A stretch of DNA of 40,629 nt from a virus (Duplodnaviria > Caudoviricetes), in IMG/VR virus record IMGVR_UViG_3300044477_000284, positions 1-40,629 of that record, one strand, 5' to 3'. Within the stretch, counting starts at the first letter, position 1. Each line of letters begins with the position of its first letter. Position numbers and translations under genes: made by a program. The notes below the pieces were generated by a model. It saw nothing but the letters and a program-made list of their open reading frames with translations. It was not told the DNA's origin and made no database searches. This document shows positions 1 through 7,640 of the stretch, in pieces.

Positions 1-1029
1 GGCGTTGAAGTCGCGGGGGGCGGTGAGGTAGAGGGTTGTGTCGTCCTGCCCGAGGTACTCGAGGGTGGCTATCCAGGTGTTGTAGTTCTCGGGGTCGATG
101 TCTTTTCGGAGGTGAGCGAGGGCGAAACCCCAGTCGTCGGGGAGTTCGCGCAGGGTGGCCGGGAGGGGGGTCGGGGGAACCGGAGCGGAAGGGGTGGACT
201 TTGTGGACGGGGTGGACAGGGTGGACAGGGTTGACGATGTTTGGGCGCCGGGTTTGTTTTGGTGTTTGATTTCGTCTTTCCAGCGGCGGGCGTTGAGCCA
301 GGAGGCGGGGTTGGGGATGTACTGGCGGTCGTCGGGGAAGGTGTTGGCGGCGATCTGGGCGCGGAGGCCGACGAGGATTTCTTCGCGGGTGGCGGCGCCG
401 GGGCCGGTGGTGGCTTTGGCCCAGGCTCGTTCGGCGGCGCCGGGGGCGACTCGCTTGGGGTACTCGGCGTAGAATTCGGCGAAGCCGGATGGGGTGTTTT
501 TGGAGCGGGATTTTTGGGGTTTCGGAGCGGGATCGGCGGGAAGAGTTTCCCCCGTCCCCCTTTCAGAAGTAGAAGAAGATTTACTACATTCTATTCCATT
601 CCATTCCATTCCAGTGTTTGTATGTTTTTTTTCTTCTTCTTTTGTATGCTGTTTTGTATCTTCGTTTTGTATCGTTTTTGTATGGCGTTTTGTATTCGCC
701 TTTCCCCACCGCTTTCGTATGCTGTTGGTCCTAACCTCACTGATATGAGCGTCCCGCTTGGTGCGGCGGCAGTAGATTCTGTTTTGCTCGTCGCGGGAGA
801 AAACTTCGTTGCGTTCGAGTTCGGCGAGGGCGGAGAGGGTTTCCGACTCGGGTCTTCCGACCAAAAACGGGAGGTCTGTTTCGGGGAAAATCATGGTTCC
901 GTCGGTCTGTTGCACCATACAAATTATTTCGAGCCAGAGGCCTCGAGCGGCGAGGGAGCAGCGCTTGAGGTTGATGTCGCTGCACCAGTCGCCGTAGAAG
1001 AGGGGGAGGTAGGGTTTTCGTTCGGTCAT
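1..1029 (-). CDS. Phage replication initiator protein with C-terminal DnaA N-terminal-like domain (runs off the window; missing from the ORF track)
   Basis: Manual translation from ATG 1029 is open to base 1: MTERKPYLPLFYGDWCSD...ARGLWLEIIC...; FAEFYAEYPKRVAPGAAERAW; YIPNPASWLNARRWKDE (typical phage initiator motifs); then WGFALAHLRKDIDPENYNTWIATLEY...LYLTAPRDF, resembling DnaA domain I. Confidence 0.8.
   Translation of the reverse strand, partial: MTERKPYLPLFYGDWCSDINLKRCSLAARGLWLEIICMVQQTDGTMIFPETDLPFLVGRPESETLSALAELERNEVFSRDEQNRIYCRRTKRDAHISEVRTNSIRKRWGKANTKRHTKTIQNEDTKQHTKEEEKKHTNTGMEWNGIECSKSSSTSERGTGETLPADPAPKPQKSRSKNTPSGFAEFYAEYPKRVAPGAAERAWAKATTGPGAATREEILVGLRAQIAANTFPDDRQYIPNPASWLNARRWKDEIKHQNKPGAQTSSTLSTLSTPSTKSTPSAPVPPTPLPATLRELPDDWGFALAHLRKDIDPENYNTWIATLEYLGQDDTTLYLTAPRDFNA
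194..235 (+). repeat. GTGGACnnn 9-bp tandem repeat (module D), in-frame in the initiator linker
   Basis: GTGGAC at 194, 203, 212, 221 and GTTGAC at 230; encodes STLSTLSTPSTKST on the - strand. Confidence 0.85.
617..695. repeat. Iteron cluster / putative replication origin inside the initiator gene
   Basis: Six TTTGTAT copies (617, 641, 653, 666, 677, 689), mostly 11-13 bp apart, in an AT-rich patch. Lambdoid origins lie within the initiator gene. Confidence 0.7.
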
Positions 1030-1032
1030 GGT

Positions 1033-1239
1033 TCAGGCCTCGGTGAGGTTGGTGACGTTCATGGTTTGGGAAAAGGCGAAGGTTTTGACAAAGCCTTTTC
1101 CGTCTTGATAGGTGCGGTCGCCGGTCTTGAGGCAGGTTTCCCGGACTCCGAGGAAACTGAAGCGGTGTCCCCTTGGGAGTTGGTTCCAGGCTACCCGTTG
1201 GTTGGCTTTGATGGGGGGACTGGGGGCTGGATTTTGCAT
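1033..1239 (-). CDS. Hypothetical protein (68 aa)
   Basis: ATG 1239 preceded by AGGAG; stop is one codon upstream of the initiator ATG. Confidence 0.6.
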   Translation of the reverse strand: MQNPAPSPPIKANQRVAWNQLPRGHRFSFLGVRETCLKTGDRTYQDGKGFVKTFAFSQTMNVTNLTEA

Positions 1240-1289
1240 GGGGGGGGCTCTCCTGTTGGAGGGGTTGGGACCGGCGACCGCGGGGGAAA

Positions 1290-1754
1290 TCAGGGGATTA
1301 CGAAGATTGTCGGCTGAACCGGTGGGACCGGCTCCGGGTGGTTTCTCCGGAGTTTGTCCGCGTAGCGGAGGGCGGGGGTTCCGTAGTCGGTCATCGAGGT
1401 TCGTTTCTCTTCGTTCCACTTTTCGCGGAACTGCCGCTTTTCTTCGGGGGACATGGTCTTGGTGGCTTCGTCGAAAAGACGCCTGTCGGAGGCGTCGCCG
1501 TAGAGGATGCTTTCCAGCGCGTCGGCCACGGTCCAGGCGTTTTCGTCGAGGTATTGGTTCAGGTCGGTCGGGATTGCTTCTGAGGCCCAAACTTCATCGG
1601 CAAAAAGGGGCCGGACGTGTTCTCCGTCTTCGAGGCGCTTCAGACCGATCATGCCGCTCTGACAGATCATGAGGAATCCGACCTGCAAGGCTTGTTCGTT
1701 GTCGGTCTCGAATGTGATTTTGTCCGATGGGGTAATGATTTCGTAGAGGTTCAT
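1290..1754 (-). CDS. Hypothetical phage protein (MNLYEIITPSDKITF...)
   Basis: Start at ATG 1754 after AGGAAG; the longer ORF extension upstream is repeat-derived. Confidence 0.75.
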   Translation of the reverse strand: MNLYEIITPSDKITFETDNEQALQVGFLMICQSGMIGLKRLEDGEHVRPLFADEVWASEAIPTDLNQYLDENAWTVADALESILYGDASDRRLFDEATKTMSPEEKRQFREKWNEEKRTSMTDYGTPALRYADKLRRNHPEPVPPVQPTIFVIP

Positions 1755-1780
1755 TGCGGGGTCTTCCTTTGGGGGTGTTT

Positions 1781-1869
1781 TCTCGCGCAAAGGCGCGGAG
1801 ACGCTGGGAATAGCAAACTGCAACCGATGGAACCACGGAAGACACGGAACACACGGAAAACGCGACCGC
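1781..1869 (+). repeat. Composite intergenic repeat array (modules C-linker-B)
   Basis: tctcgcgcaaaggcgcggag ... aactgcaaccg ... aaccacggaagacacggaacacacggaaaa. Confidence 0.85.
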
Positions 1870-1870
1870 T

Positions 1871-2458
1871 CTATGCGGGGGGGACGCATGTCCCGGAGGT
1901 GGGACTGGGGGTTTCTCTGGGTTTTTCGGATAGGGCGCGCGTGAGGTAACCGGTGACTTTGGAGCCGGGGGTGCGGGGGCGCAGGATGCCGATGGCGAGG
2001 AGGCTGCCGTCTTTGTTGATGGCGATGAGGACGGAGTCGAGGGGGGTGGAGCAGGCGGCATGGCGTAGGCATTTGATGAGGTTTTCGAGGGCGGAAAGGC
2101 TGCATTGGATCTTGGCGGCGGCGGGGGGATCGGAGAGTTCTTTGAGTGTTCCCTCGGGGTTGTGGAAGGTCTGGCTGGATTCTTCGAAGGTGATCCGGCA
2201 GGTCTCGGTGTCGGCGATGATTGCGTCGTCGTATTCCTGGATGGAGATGCCGGGGGTCATGGCCATGACTTTGAGGAATTCGTCGGCTTCGAGGAGGACT
2301 TCGCGGTCGAGGGTTTCGATTTCGGGTTCGTAGGTGGCGATGACGGCGAAGGCGTGGTTTCTGCCGATGGCTTTTGTGTTTGAGATGAGGAAGGGGCTGC
2401 CCTCTTTTTTGTTCCGGGCGGCCCGGGCGCAGGCGATGATTTCGGGGGTGATGAGCAT
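1871..2458 (-). CDS. Hypothetical protein, weak resemblance to sliding-clamp-like folds
   Basis: 195-aa ORF with AAGGA RBS. The fold guess is from residue pattern only. Confidence 0.65.
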   Translation of the reverse strand: MLITPEIIACARAARNKKEGSPFLISNTKAIGRNHAFAVIATYEPEIETLDREVLLEADEFLKVMAMTPGISIQEYDDAIIADTETCRITFEESSQTFHNPEGTLKELSDPPAAAKIQCSLSALENLIKCLRHAACSTPLDSVLIAINKDGSLLAIGILRPRTPGSKVTGYLTRALSEKPRETPSPTSGTCVPPA

Positions 2459-2935
2459 GGGGTGGTCCTTTCGGGGGTGGTCCCTCTCCCCTGCCGCCTC
2501 CTGGGGCTATTTGCCCCGCCCTGGAGGCGGAGGCGGCGAGGGGGGGTGGTGATGAAGTGGGGGACGGGCGCCGCGTCCCCCGGGTGCTGAGTTTGTGGAC
2601 TTCGACCCCATCCTGTTGATGGGTCCCGCGCCCAAGGCTACGGGGTGACGCCGGTGGTGCTGGGTGAGGTGGTGCGTCGGGTTACTTCATGGGTCTTTCC
2701 TCCCTGTCTGGTTTCGTGCTTCTGTGGGGCCTCCGATGGAGGCCAAACATTTTAAAGAGAAGAGGGTCGTTTTGGGTTGCCGGTCTCTTCCGGCTGTCAC
2801 ACCACTTCCTCTTTTTGAGTCGTTGCAGGTGTCACGAGGTTTTGTTGTCAACTTTTCCTTTGTCGTGGGGCTTGCGTTTTTATGACGATCTATCCACGCC
2901 TTCTCGGAGAAACGTCACTCTCCATAGTCAACTCT

Positions 2936-3078
2936 TTTGCGCGGCGGGCCGGGCTTGATACCGGCTGTCTTGGCATTTAACGAGTACGGCTGGGACGCCT
3001 ACCTATCCAAGTTGACGTTTTCTCCCTTTAGCCTCGGGAAAATACTCAGCGTGTCCTTCCACGCCGCCGCCGCGCAAA
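2936..3078 (-). ncRNA. tRNA-like structured RNA with an expanded anticodon arm
   Basis: 12-bp closing stem (2936-2947/3067-3078), D-like arm GCGUG-GAAGGA-CACGC, T-like arm GCCGG-UAUCAAGC-CCGGC, and a GAGUA/UACUC stem enclosing two further hairpins whose G.U pairs favour the - strand. Confidence 0.6.
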
Positions 3079-3115
3079 TCTTGGTTTCTTCTGGGTCTCC
3101 TTCTTCTGTTGTGTG

Positions 3116-3224
3116 TCTCGCGCAGAGGCGCGGAGACTCTGGGAACCTCGAACCTCTGCTGGAACCGATGACCGCAACCGCTACCGACGGAACCACGAAA
3201 AACACGAAGGACACGAAAACCGCA
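3116..3224 (+). repeat. Composite intergenic repeat array (C-linker-B)
   Basis: tctcgcgcagaggcgcggag ... accgcaaccg ... aaccacgaaaaacacgaaggacacgaaaaccgc. Confidence 0.85.
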
Positions 3225-3252
3225 GGGTCCGGGGTGCGGGCGGCGCGGGAGG

Positions 3253-3483
3253 TCAAAATCCGGCTTTGGCGTAGATCTCGGAGGGTTTCATTCCAAAAGT
3301 CTCCGCAATTTTCCGAATTCTGTTTGTTCCCCATGGTCTGGCGTTGTTGAGGAGCATCGAGATCTCAGACTGGTTGATCTTTGTTTGCTTCGCGAGTTTC
3401 AGTTGGGTCAGGCCTCGCTTTTGGATTTCCTTTTTCACCACGGTGCTGATCGCTTGTTCCATTTCGGCGTCACGAGTTGTCAT
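3253..3483 (-). CDS. Cro-like XRE-family HTH regulator
   Basis: RGLTQLKLAKQTKINQSEISMLLN HTH pattern; AGGAGG RBS; first gene of the leftward early arm. Confidence 0.85.
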   Translation of the reverse strand: MTTRDAEMEQAISTVVKKEIQKRGLTQLKLAKQTKINQSEISMLLNNARPWGTNRIRKIAETFGMKPSEIYAKAGF

Positions 3484-3498
3484 TTTCTATCCTCCTGC

Positions 3499-3621
3499 AT
3501 AGCGATTGCTATTTAGCATTCTAAATATGTAAATCGCAATAATTTTTTTGACAAAAAAAGCCGGGGTGTGATAGATTGAATTTTGGTGGGTTGCGGAAGA
3601 AAATTCACTGAAGTGTGAATT
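3499..3621. promoter_or_regulatory. Divergent promoter/operator region (genetic switch)
   Basis: Rightward TTGACA (3548)-18 bp-TAGATT (3572) with TG extension; palindromes ATAGC-N4-GCTAT (3499-3512), TATTTAG-N4-CTAAATA (3510-3527), AATTCAC-N6-GTGAATT (3602-3621). Confidence 0.65.
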
Positions 3622-3634
3622 ACACTGGAGGGGA

Positions 3635-3961
3635 ATGGCTATGAGAACGGGGCAAAAGCGAATCGTTTCGCGGGAGGTTGACCCAGACGATGCGGCAGAT
3701 TGGGCTTTCGCCGAGATGATTGGGGTACGGATCGTCGCATTGATGGCTGCTCGGGGGTGGCTTCAGGGGGATCTGGCGAAGGCGTCTGGAGTTACGCAAT
3801 GTGCGATCTCCCATTATGTTCGCGTATTGAAGCAGCACCCGCGTGTGCGCGAAATGCGGCGGATTGCCGAGGCTTTCGGTTTGAAACTTTCCGAATTCGT
3901 GGAGCCGGATGTGGATGTCGTACGTCTTGAGAAACTGCGGCGGGGGAAAAACGGGGCTTGA
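3635..3961 (+). CDS. XRE-family HTH regulator
   Basis: RGWLQGDLAKASGVTQCAISHY...PRVREMRRIAEAFG; GGAGG RBS. Confidence 0.85.
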   Translation: MAMRTGQKRIVSREVDPDDAADWAFAEMIGVRIVALMAARGWLQGDLAKASGVTQCAISHYVRVLKQHPRVREMRRIAEAFGLKLSEFVEPDVDVVRLEKLRRGKNGA

Positions 3962-4206
3962 GCCGGTCTTCTGGCCTTCGTGCGGCAGACGTCAACAACG
4001 CTTTCAACTCTTCTTCTTCCTACTACATTTACGGCTTAACTGCATAGTCTGTGCCAAATACGGGGACAGGCTATTTCCGTTTTTATGCCAGGGAGTTTAC
4101 CTGTCCCTGTAATCCATTATTTTGTGTTGTTTTGCTGGAAATGAATGCAGAATATGGGCCGCATTTTGTTTGCGCGGTTGGAAGGGGGCGGGGTAGGCTC
4201 TGCGGC

Positions 4207-4878
4207 ATGAGTGACGTGGATGTGCGGCAAGTGCTGAAGGATCTTCTGGACAGTCGAATGGAAAAATTCGGTCTGGGGAATAAGCAATTGGCGCTGTCGG
4301 CGCGGCTGTCGGAGAGTATGGTGTCGGCGGTGCGGCTGAAGAAGTGCGGGATTTCGGTGGAGAATGCGGTGAGTCTGCTGGAGCAGTTGGAGGTGGATTT
4401 GCTGGGTTTTCTGGTGTCCGCGGGGTCGGGGCGCGGGGCGCACGCGGGGACGGGGGTGGACTGGGCGCCAATTGTGGGGGCGTGTGGGTTTGCTCTGGAG
4501 GGTCTGCCGGGTTTCTGCGGGGTGCGGCTGTGGAAGCGGCGCCGGGGGGCGCTGGCGTGTGTGCGGGAGGTTTTTCGGTCGGGGCTGCGCGAGGGGCGGT
4601 GGGAGGATGTCGCGGCTTTGACGGTGGTGGGGGATTTGTTGACGCCTCTGGTGGGTAATGGGGACAGGGTGCTGGTGCTGTTGGGGGCGGGGGCGGAGTT
4701 GGCGGTGAATGATCTGGCGGTGGTGGATCTGGGTGGCCGGGCGGGGGTGGCGCTGGTGCGGTGGCAGGAGGGGGCGGTGGCGCTGGCGCTGAATGGTGCG
4801 GCGGGGGTGTGCCTGGGGGCGCGGTTCCCGGAGTGGCGGCTGGTGGGGCGGGCGGTGGGGGTGGTGCGGGTGTTTTGA
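4207..4878 (+). CDS. CI/LexA-like repressor (HTH plus degenerate S24-like domain)
   Basis: N-terminal GLGNKQLALSARLSESMVSAV HTH; C-terminal LTVVGDLLTPLVGNGDRVLV...NDLAVV...LVGRAVGVVRVF follows the S24 pattern. Confidence 0.7.
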   Translation: MSDVDVRQVLKDLLDSRMEKFGLGNKQLALSARLSESMVSAVRLKKCGISVENAVSLLEQLEVDLLGFLVSAGSGRGAHAGTGVDWAPIVGACGFALEGLPGFCGVRLWKRRRGALACVREVFRSGLREGRWEDVAALTVVGDLLTPLVGNGDRVLVLLGAGAELAVNDLAVVDLGGRAGVALVRWQEGAVALALNGAAGVCLGARFPEWRLVGRAVGVVRVF

Positions 4879-5055
4879 ATTGAGAATGGATAATGGATAA
4901 TTGACAATGGATAATGAACCGCTACCGATGACCGCAACCGCGAACTACAACCGCAACCGATAGGGTTCGCGCAGAGGCGGGGGGGCGCAGGGAATTGCAA
5001 CCGATGACCGCAACCGACTGAACAACGAAAGGGACGAAAGGACACGAAAACCGCA
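4878..5055 (+). repeat. Composite repeat array (A-linker-C-linker-B)
   Basis: aattgagaatggataatggataattgacaatggataat starts at the upstream stop codon, followed by aaccgc linkers, a cgcgcagagg module and acgaaa 9-mers. Confidence 0.85.
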
Positions 5056-5163
5056 GGGGGTTGGGGTTTTTTCTTTGTGGACAAGGGGTGGGCGCGCGGC
5101 GTAGGATTTTTCCTAAGTTGCGCGTTTTTTGTTGTGCTATCGTTGTTTGCCCGGAGGGTGAAG

Positions 5164-5589
5164 ATGGAAAAGCATGCGAGGGGGATCGGGGCGCTGGACC
5201 CGGAGGATTTTCAGCGGGATGCGGCGTCCTGGGCGGCGGGGGAGCCGGATCGGGTCGCGGCTGCTGCGAAGGCGCGACAGGCCAGGCTGGAGGAGGAGGC
5301 TTTGCGGGCGGCGCGGGCGCGGGAACGGGACGCGGCGGCGCTGGGGCAGGGGGCGGATGTGGAGGCGCCACGGCCGGGTGCAACGGGGGGGAGTTGGGGT
5401 GCCTCGCCGTCGTATCGGTCGCTTTTTTTGTGTCCGGCGTGTCGCAATGAGGTGTCGAAGCGGGCTGTCTCGTGCCCGAAGTGCGGGCATCCGATCAATA
5501 AGTCGAGTCCCTGGGCGGTTTTCTTGATGATTGTGCTGTGGGGGGTGATTCTGGTTGTTCTGGGTCCGGTGTTTCTGCGGCTTTTGTGA
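5164..5589 (+). CDS. Zinc-ribbon membrane protein (moron / superinfection-exclusion-like)
   Basis: CPACRNEVSKRAVSCPKCGHP followed by a C-terminal hydrophobic helix; GGAGG RBS. Confidence 0.7.
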   Translation: MEKHARGIGALDPEDFQRDAASWAAGEPDRVAAAAKARQARLEEEALRAARARERDAAALGQGADVEAPRPGATGGSWGASPSYRSLFLCPACRNEVSKRAVSCPKCGHPINKSSPWAVFLMIVLWGVILVVLGPVFLRLL

Positions 5590-5603
5590 GGGTTGAAGGG
5601 GAG

Positions 5604-5734
5604 ACCGCAACCGATAGGGTTCGCGCGGAGTCGCGGAGCGCGGGGGACTGCAACCGACAACTGCAACCGAGGAACCGCCACCGCCTACCACAACCGATTT
5701 GAACCACGAAAGGGACGAAAGACACGAAAACCGC
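5604..5734 (+). repeat. Composite repeat array (linker-C-linker-B)
   Basis: Shares accgcaaccgatagggttcgcgc with the array at 4950; ends aaccacgaaagggacgaaagacacgaaaaccgc. Confidence 0.85.
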
Positions 5735-5735
5735 C

Positions 5736-5817
5736 AAAAAATTCAGGGGTTTGGGGGGCCCTGTTGGGGGTTTTCTTGAAAAATGCAGGGGGTTTCAGGG
5801 CCCTGTTGGGAGTTTTT
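5736..5817. repeat. Two tandem copies of the ~39-bp P element (CAGGGCCCTG core)
   Basis: Consensus AAAAATaCAGGGGTTTTCAGGGCCCTGTTGGGGGTTTTT; the second copy provides the TGA of the 5795-6211 gene. Confidence 0.85.
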
Positions 5818-6211
5818 GGCGGGCGAGGTCCCGCTGGATGCTGGCTGCGGAGGTGGCCCCGCCGTGGCGGTGGCAGAATTCTTCGAGGGTGAGGGTGAGG
5901 AGGTCGTCGGTGCGGTCGGCCCACCAGGCGGCGTAGGACCACTTGAGGCCGATGAGGCTGCGGAGGCGCTTGATTGCGGTTTTGCGGATGGGAAGGATGA
6001 TGTCGCGGGGGCGAGGGGTGGACTGGAGGTAGTCGCAGAGGGGCTGGGTGAGGATGGTGGCGACGCCTCGGCCGCCTCTTCCGCGAGGCTCTCCCTTGGG
6101 CCAGCCAAGGTGGAGGGGGAAGCCGTGGGGGGTGGGGCGGGTTTCGTGGATCTCCCACTCGATGCCGGAAATGTCTGTGCAGGTACCGATGATGATGGCG
6201 TGTCTGGACAT
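5795..6211 (-). CDS. Hypothetical phage protein (MSRHAIIIGTC...KLPTGP)
   Basis: ATG 6211 after AAGGA; the C-terminus is encoded by the P element. Confidence 0.7.
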   Translation of the reverse strand: MSRHAIIIGTCTDISGIEWEIHETRPTPHGFPLHLGWPKGEPRGRGGRGVATILTQPLCDYLQSTPRPRDIILPIRKTAIKRLRSLIGLKWSYAAWWADRTDDLLTLTLEEFCHRHGGATSAASIQRDLARQKLPTGP

Positions 6212-6263
6212 GTCTGATCCTTTTCTCACTTGGCGGCGCGGGGGGGGCGCGGGGCGATGAAGG

Positions 6264-6349
6264 AACCGCAACCGATTTCGACCACGAAAAGCACGAAAGA
6301 CACGAAAAACGAAAATTTTTCAGGGGTTTTCAGGACCCTGTTGGGGGTT
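6264..6349 (+). repeat. Linker-B array followed by a P element
   Basis: aaccgcaaccgatttcgaccacgaaaagcacgaaagacacgaaaa, then caggggttttcaggaccctgttggggg. Confidence 0.85.
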
Positions 6350-6563
6350 CCTCTGGATGCTCCTCGATGAGGCGCCAGAGGAGGCGGATGTGTGCCTGGC
6401 GCTTGGGGCGCGAGCGGCCTTTCTCCCAGAACACGATGGATGCCTGGGAGCAGCCGATGGTTTCGGCAACGGCTTCCTGGCTGAGGCGCGCACGGATGCG
6501 CGCGGCTTTGATTTGGTCTGCCGTGGGCGGCAGGACCGGAGATTGGAAGAGTTCTTTGGGCAT
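6330..6563 (-). CDS. Small XRE-family HTH protein (Aca-like candidate)
   Basis: IKAARIRARLSQEAVAETIGCSQASIVFWEKGRSRP. Confidence 0.85.
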   Translation of the reverse strand: MPKELFQSPVLPPTADQIKAARIRARLSQEAVAETIGCSQASIVFWEKGRSRPKRQAHIRLLWRLIEEHPEEPPTGS

Positions 6564-6579
6564 GTGCGACGGTCTTTCT

Positions 6580-6774
6580 TCAGTCGAGTTCGAAGCGGTG
6601 GGCTATGCCCAGGCGCGCGAGCCGGCGGTATTTTTTCTGGAAGTAGGCGGCGCCGGCGGGGCCGAATTCTTCGATGAGGGAGCGGTCCCTTGGGGGATTG
6701 ACTGCCGGGGAGATTCCGAGGATCTCTTTGATCTTGAGGATGGTTGTCTCCTGGGTTTGCTCGCTGCGGGTCAT
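6580..6774 (-). CDS. Small hypothetical protein (64 aa)
   Basis: ATG 6774 with AAGGAG RBS; lies directly upstream of the HTH gene. Confidence 0.65.
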   Translation of the reverse strand: MTRSEQTQETTILKIKEILGISPAVNPPRDRSLIEEFGPAGAAYFQKKYRRLARLGIAHRFELD

Positions 6775-6825
6775 GGCTGTCTCCTTTTTTTTTCTTCGAA
6801 AATTCAAGGGTTCACCACAAGGGTG

Positions 6826-6906
6826 AACCGAAACCGATTTTGAACCACGAAAGGCACGAAAGACACGAAAACCGCAAAAAATACAGGGGTTTTCAGCGCC
6901 CTGTTG
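6826..6906 (+). repeat. Linker-B array followed by a P element
   Basis: aaccacgaaaggcacgaaagacacgaaaaccgc, then aaaaaatacaggggttttcagcgccctgttg. Confidence 0.85.
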
Positions 6907-7615
6907 ATTGTGTCTGGTCGTGGGCGACGGCGCACAGGACACGGAGGACCGTGTTGGTCGGTTCACCAATTTTCTTGGCGACATCGAATGCGATTTGTGA
7001 CCGCAAATTTATCTTCTGGCATGCCGCGAATCGTTCAATGTCGGCACCATCTATCCTCTCTGCTATGTGATTATCTGCGCAGATCCGCAAAGCCCGCAAA
7101 ACCATTCCGGTTGGTTCACCAATTTTCTTGGCGACATCAAAGGCAATGTCTGACCGAGACCGCGAATCTTTCGCGGTCTTGAATCTTTCGACATCTTCTG
7201 CCTCCATCTTATCTGCCAAAAGAATATCTTCTCCGTTTTCTTCTGCCTGGAGGTTGCGCAATATGGATTCACGCTCTCGGCGGCGAATCTGTTTTTCCCG
7301 TTTCCGGGCTTCAATGTCCTCTTTTTGTGCGGCACGGTATTCCTGGATTCGTTCTTTCTCGCGGGGGGTCGGGTCGGCGAAAAACGCAACTGTGGCATCT
7401 TTCGCCTGCTCGAGGTTGCTGCCGTCGGGGTCAACCGAAATGTCTTCGCTGCAATAACATTCGGGGTGGTCGGCGAAACGCACTTTGTATTCGTGACCAT
7501 CGTTTTCGATCGTCACGTAAACAGTGCCCGTTTGGGCTGTCATCGAGTGGACATTTTCAAAGTGGCTTTTCGCCCATTTTTCGAAGGATTCGGCTTGCTT
7601 GTGGTGCTTGCTCAT
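6893..7615 (-). CDS. Hypothetical protein with a duplicated C-terminal helical module
   Basis: ATG 7615 after GGAGG; RSxIAFDVAKKIGEPTxxVLRxL occurs twice. Confidence 0.75.
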   Translation of the reverse strand: MSKHHKQAESFEKWAKSHFENVHSMTAQTGTVYVTIENDGHEYKVRFADHPECYCSEDISVDPDGSNLEQAKDATVAFFADPTPREKERIQEYRAAQKEDIEARKREKQIRRRERESILRNLQAEENGEDILLADKMEAEDVERFKTAKDSRSRSDIAFDVAKKIGEPTGMVLRALRICADNHIAERIDGADIERFAACQKINLRSQIAFDVAKKIGEPTNTVLRVLCAVAHDQTQSTGR

Positions 7616-7640
7616 TTTTTCCTCCACGCCTTTTTTTTTG

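Noticed and set aside
588-613. (TTCCA)n satellite-like run
   Set aside because: It encodes GMEWNGIE, a low-complexity linker common in phage initiators next to the origin.
1027-1239. Stop-codon readthrough fusing the 68-aa ORF to the initiator (same frame, TGA-ACC-ATG)
   Set aside because: The initiator has a typical N-terminus of its own, and TGA is used as a normal stop throughout the window.
241-1317. 358-aa + strand ORF and other long shadow ORFs (for example 15823-17697 -, 34937-36958 -, 37196-39166 -)
   Set aside because: Antisense shadows of real genes in GC-rich DNA; low-complexity translations with no motifs.
2936-3078. Canonical tRNA or attP-associated tRNA fragment
   Set aside because: No 7-nt anticodon loop, no TTC T-loop, no CCA and no nearby integrase. 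Kept only as a tRNA-like RNA.
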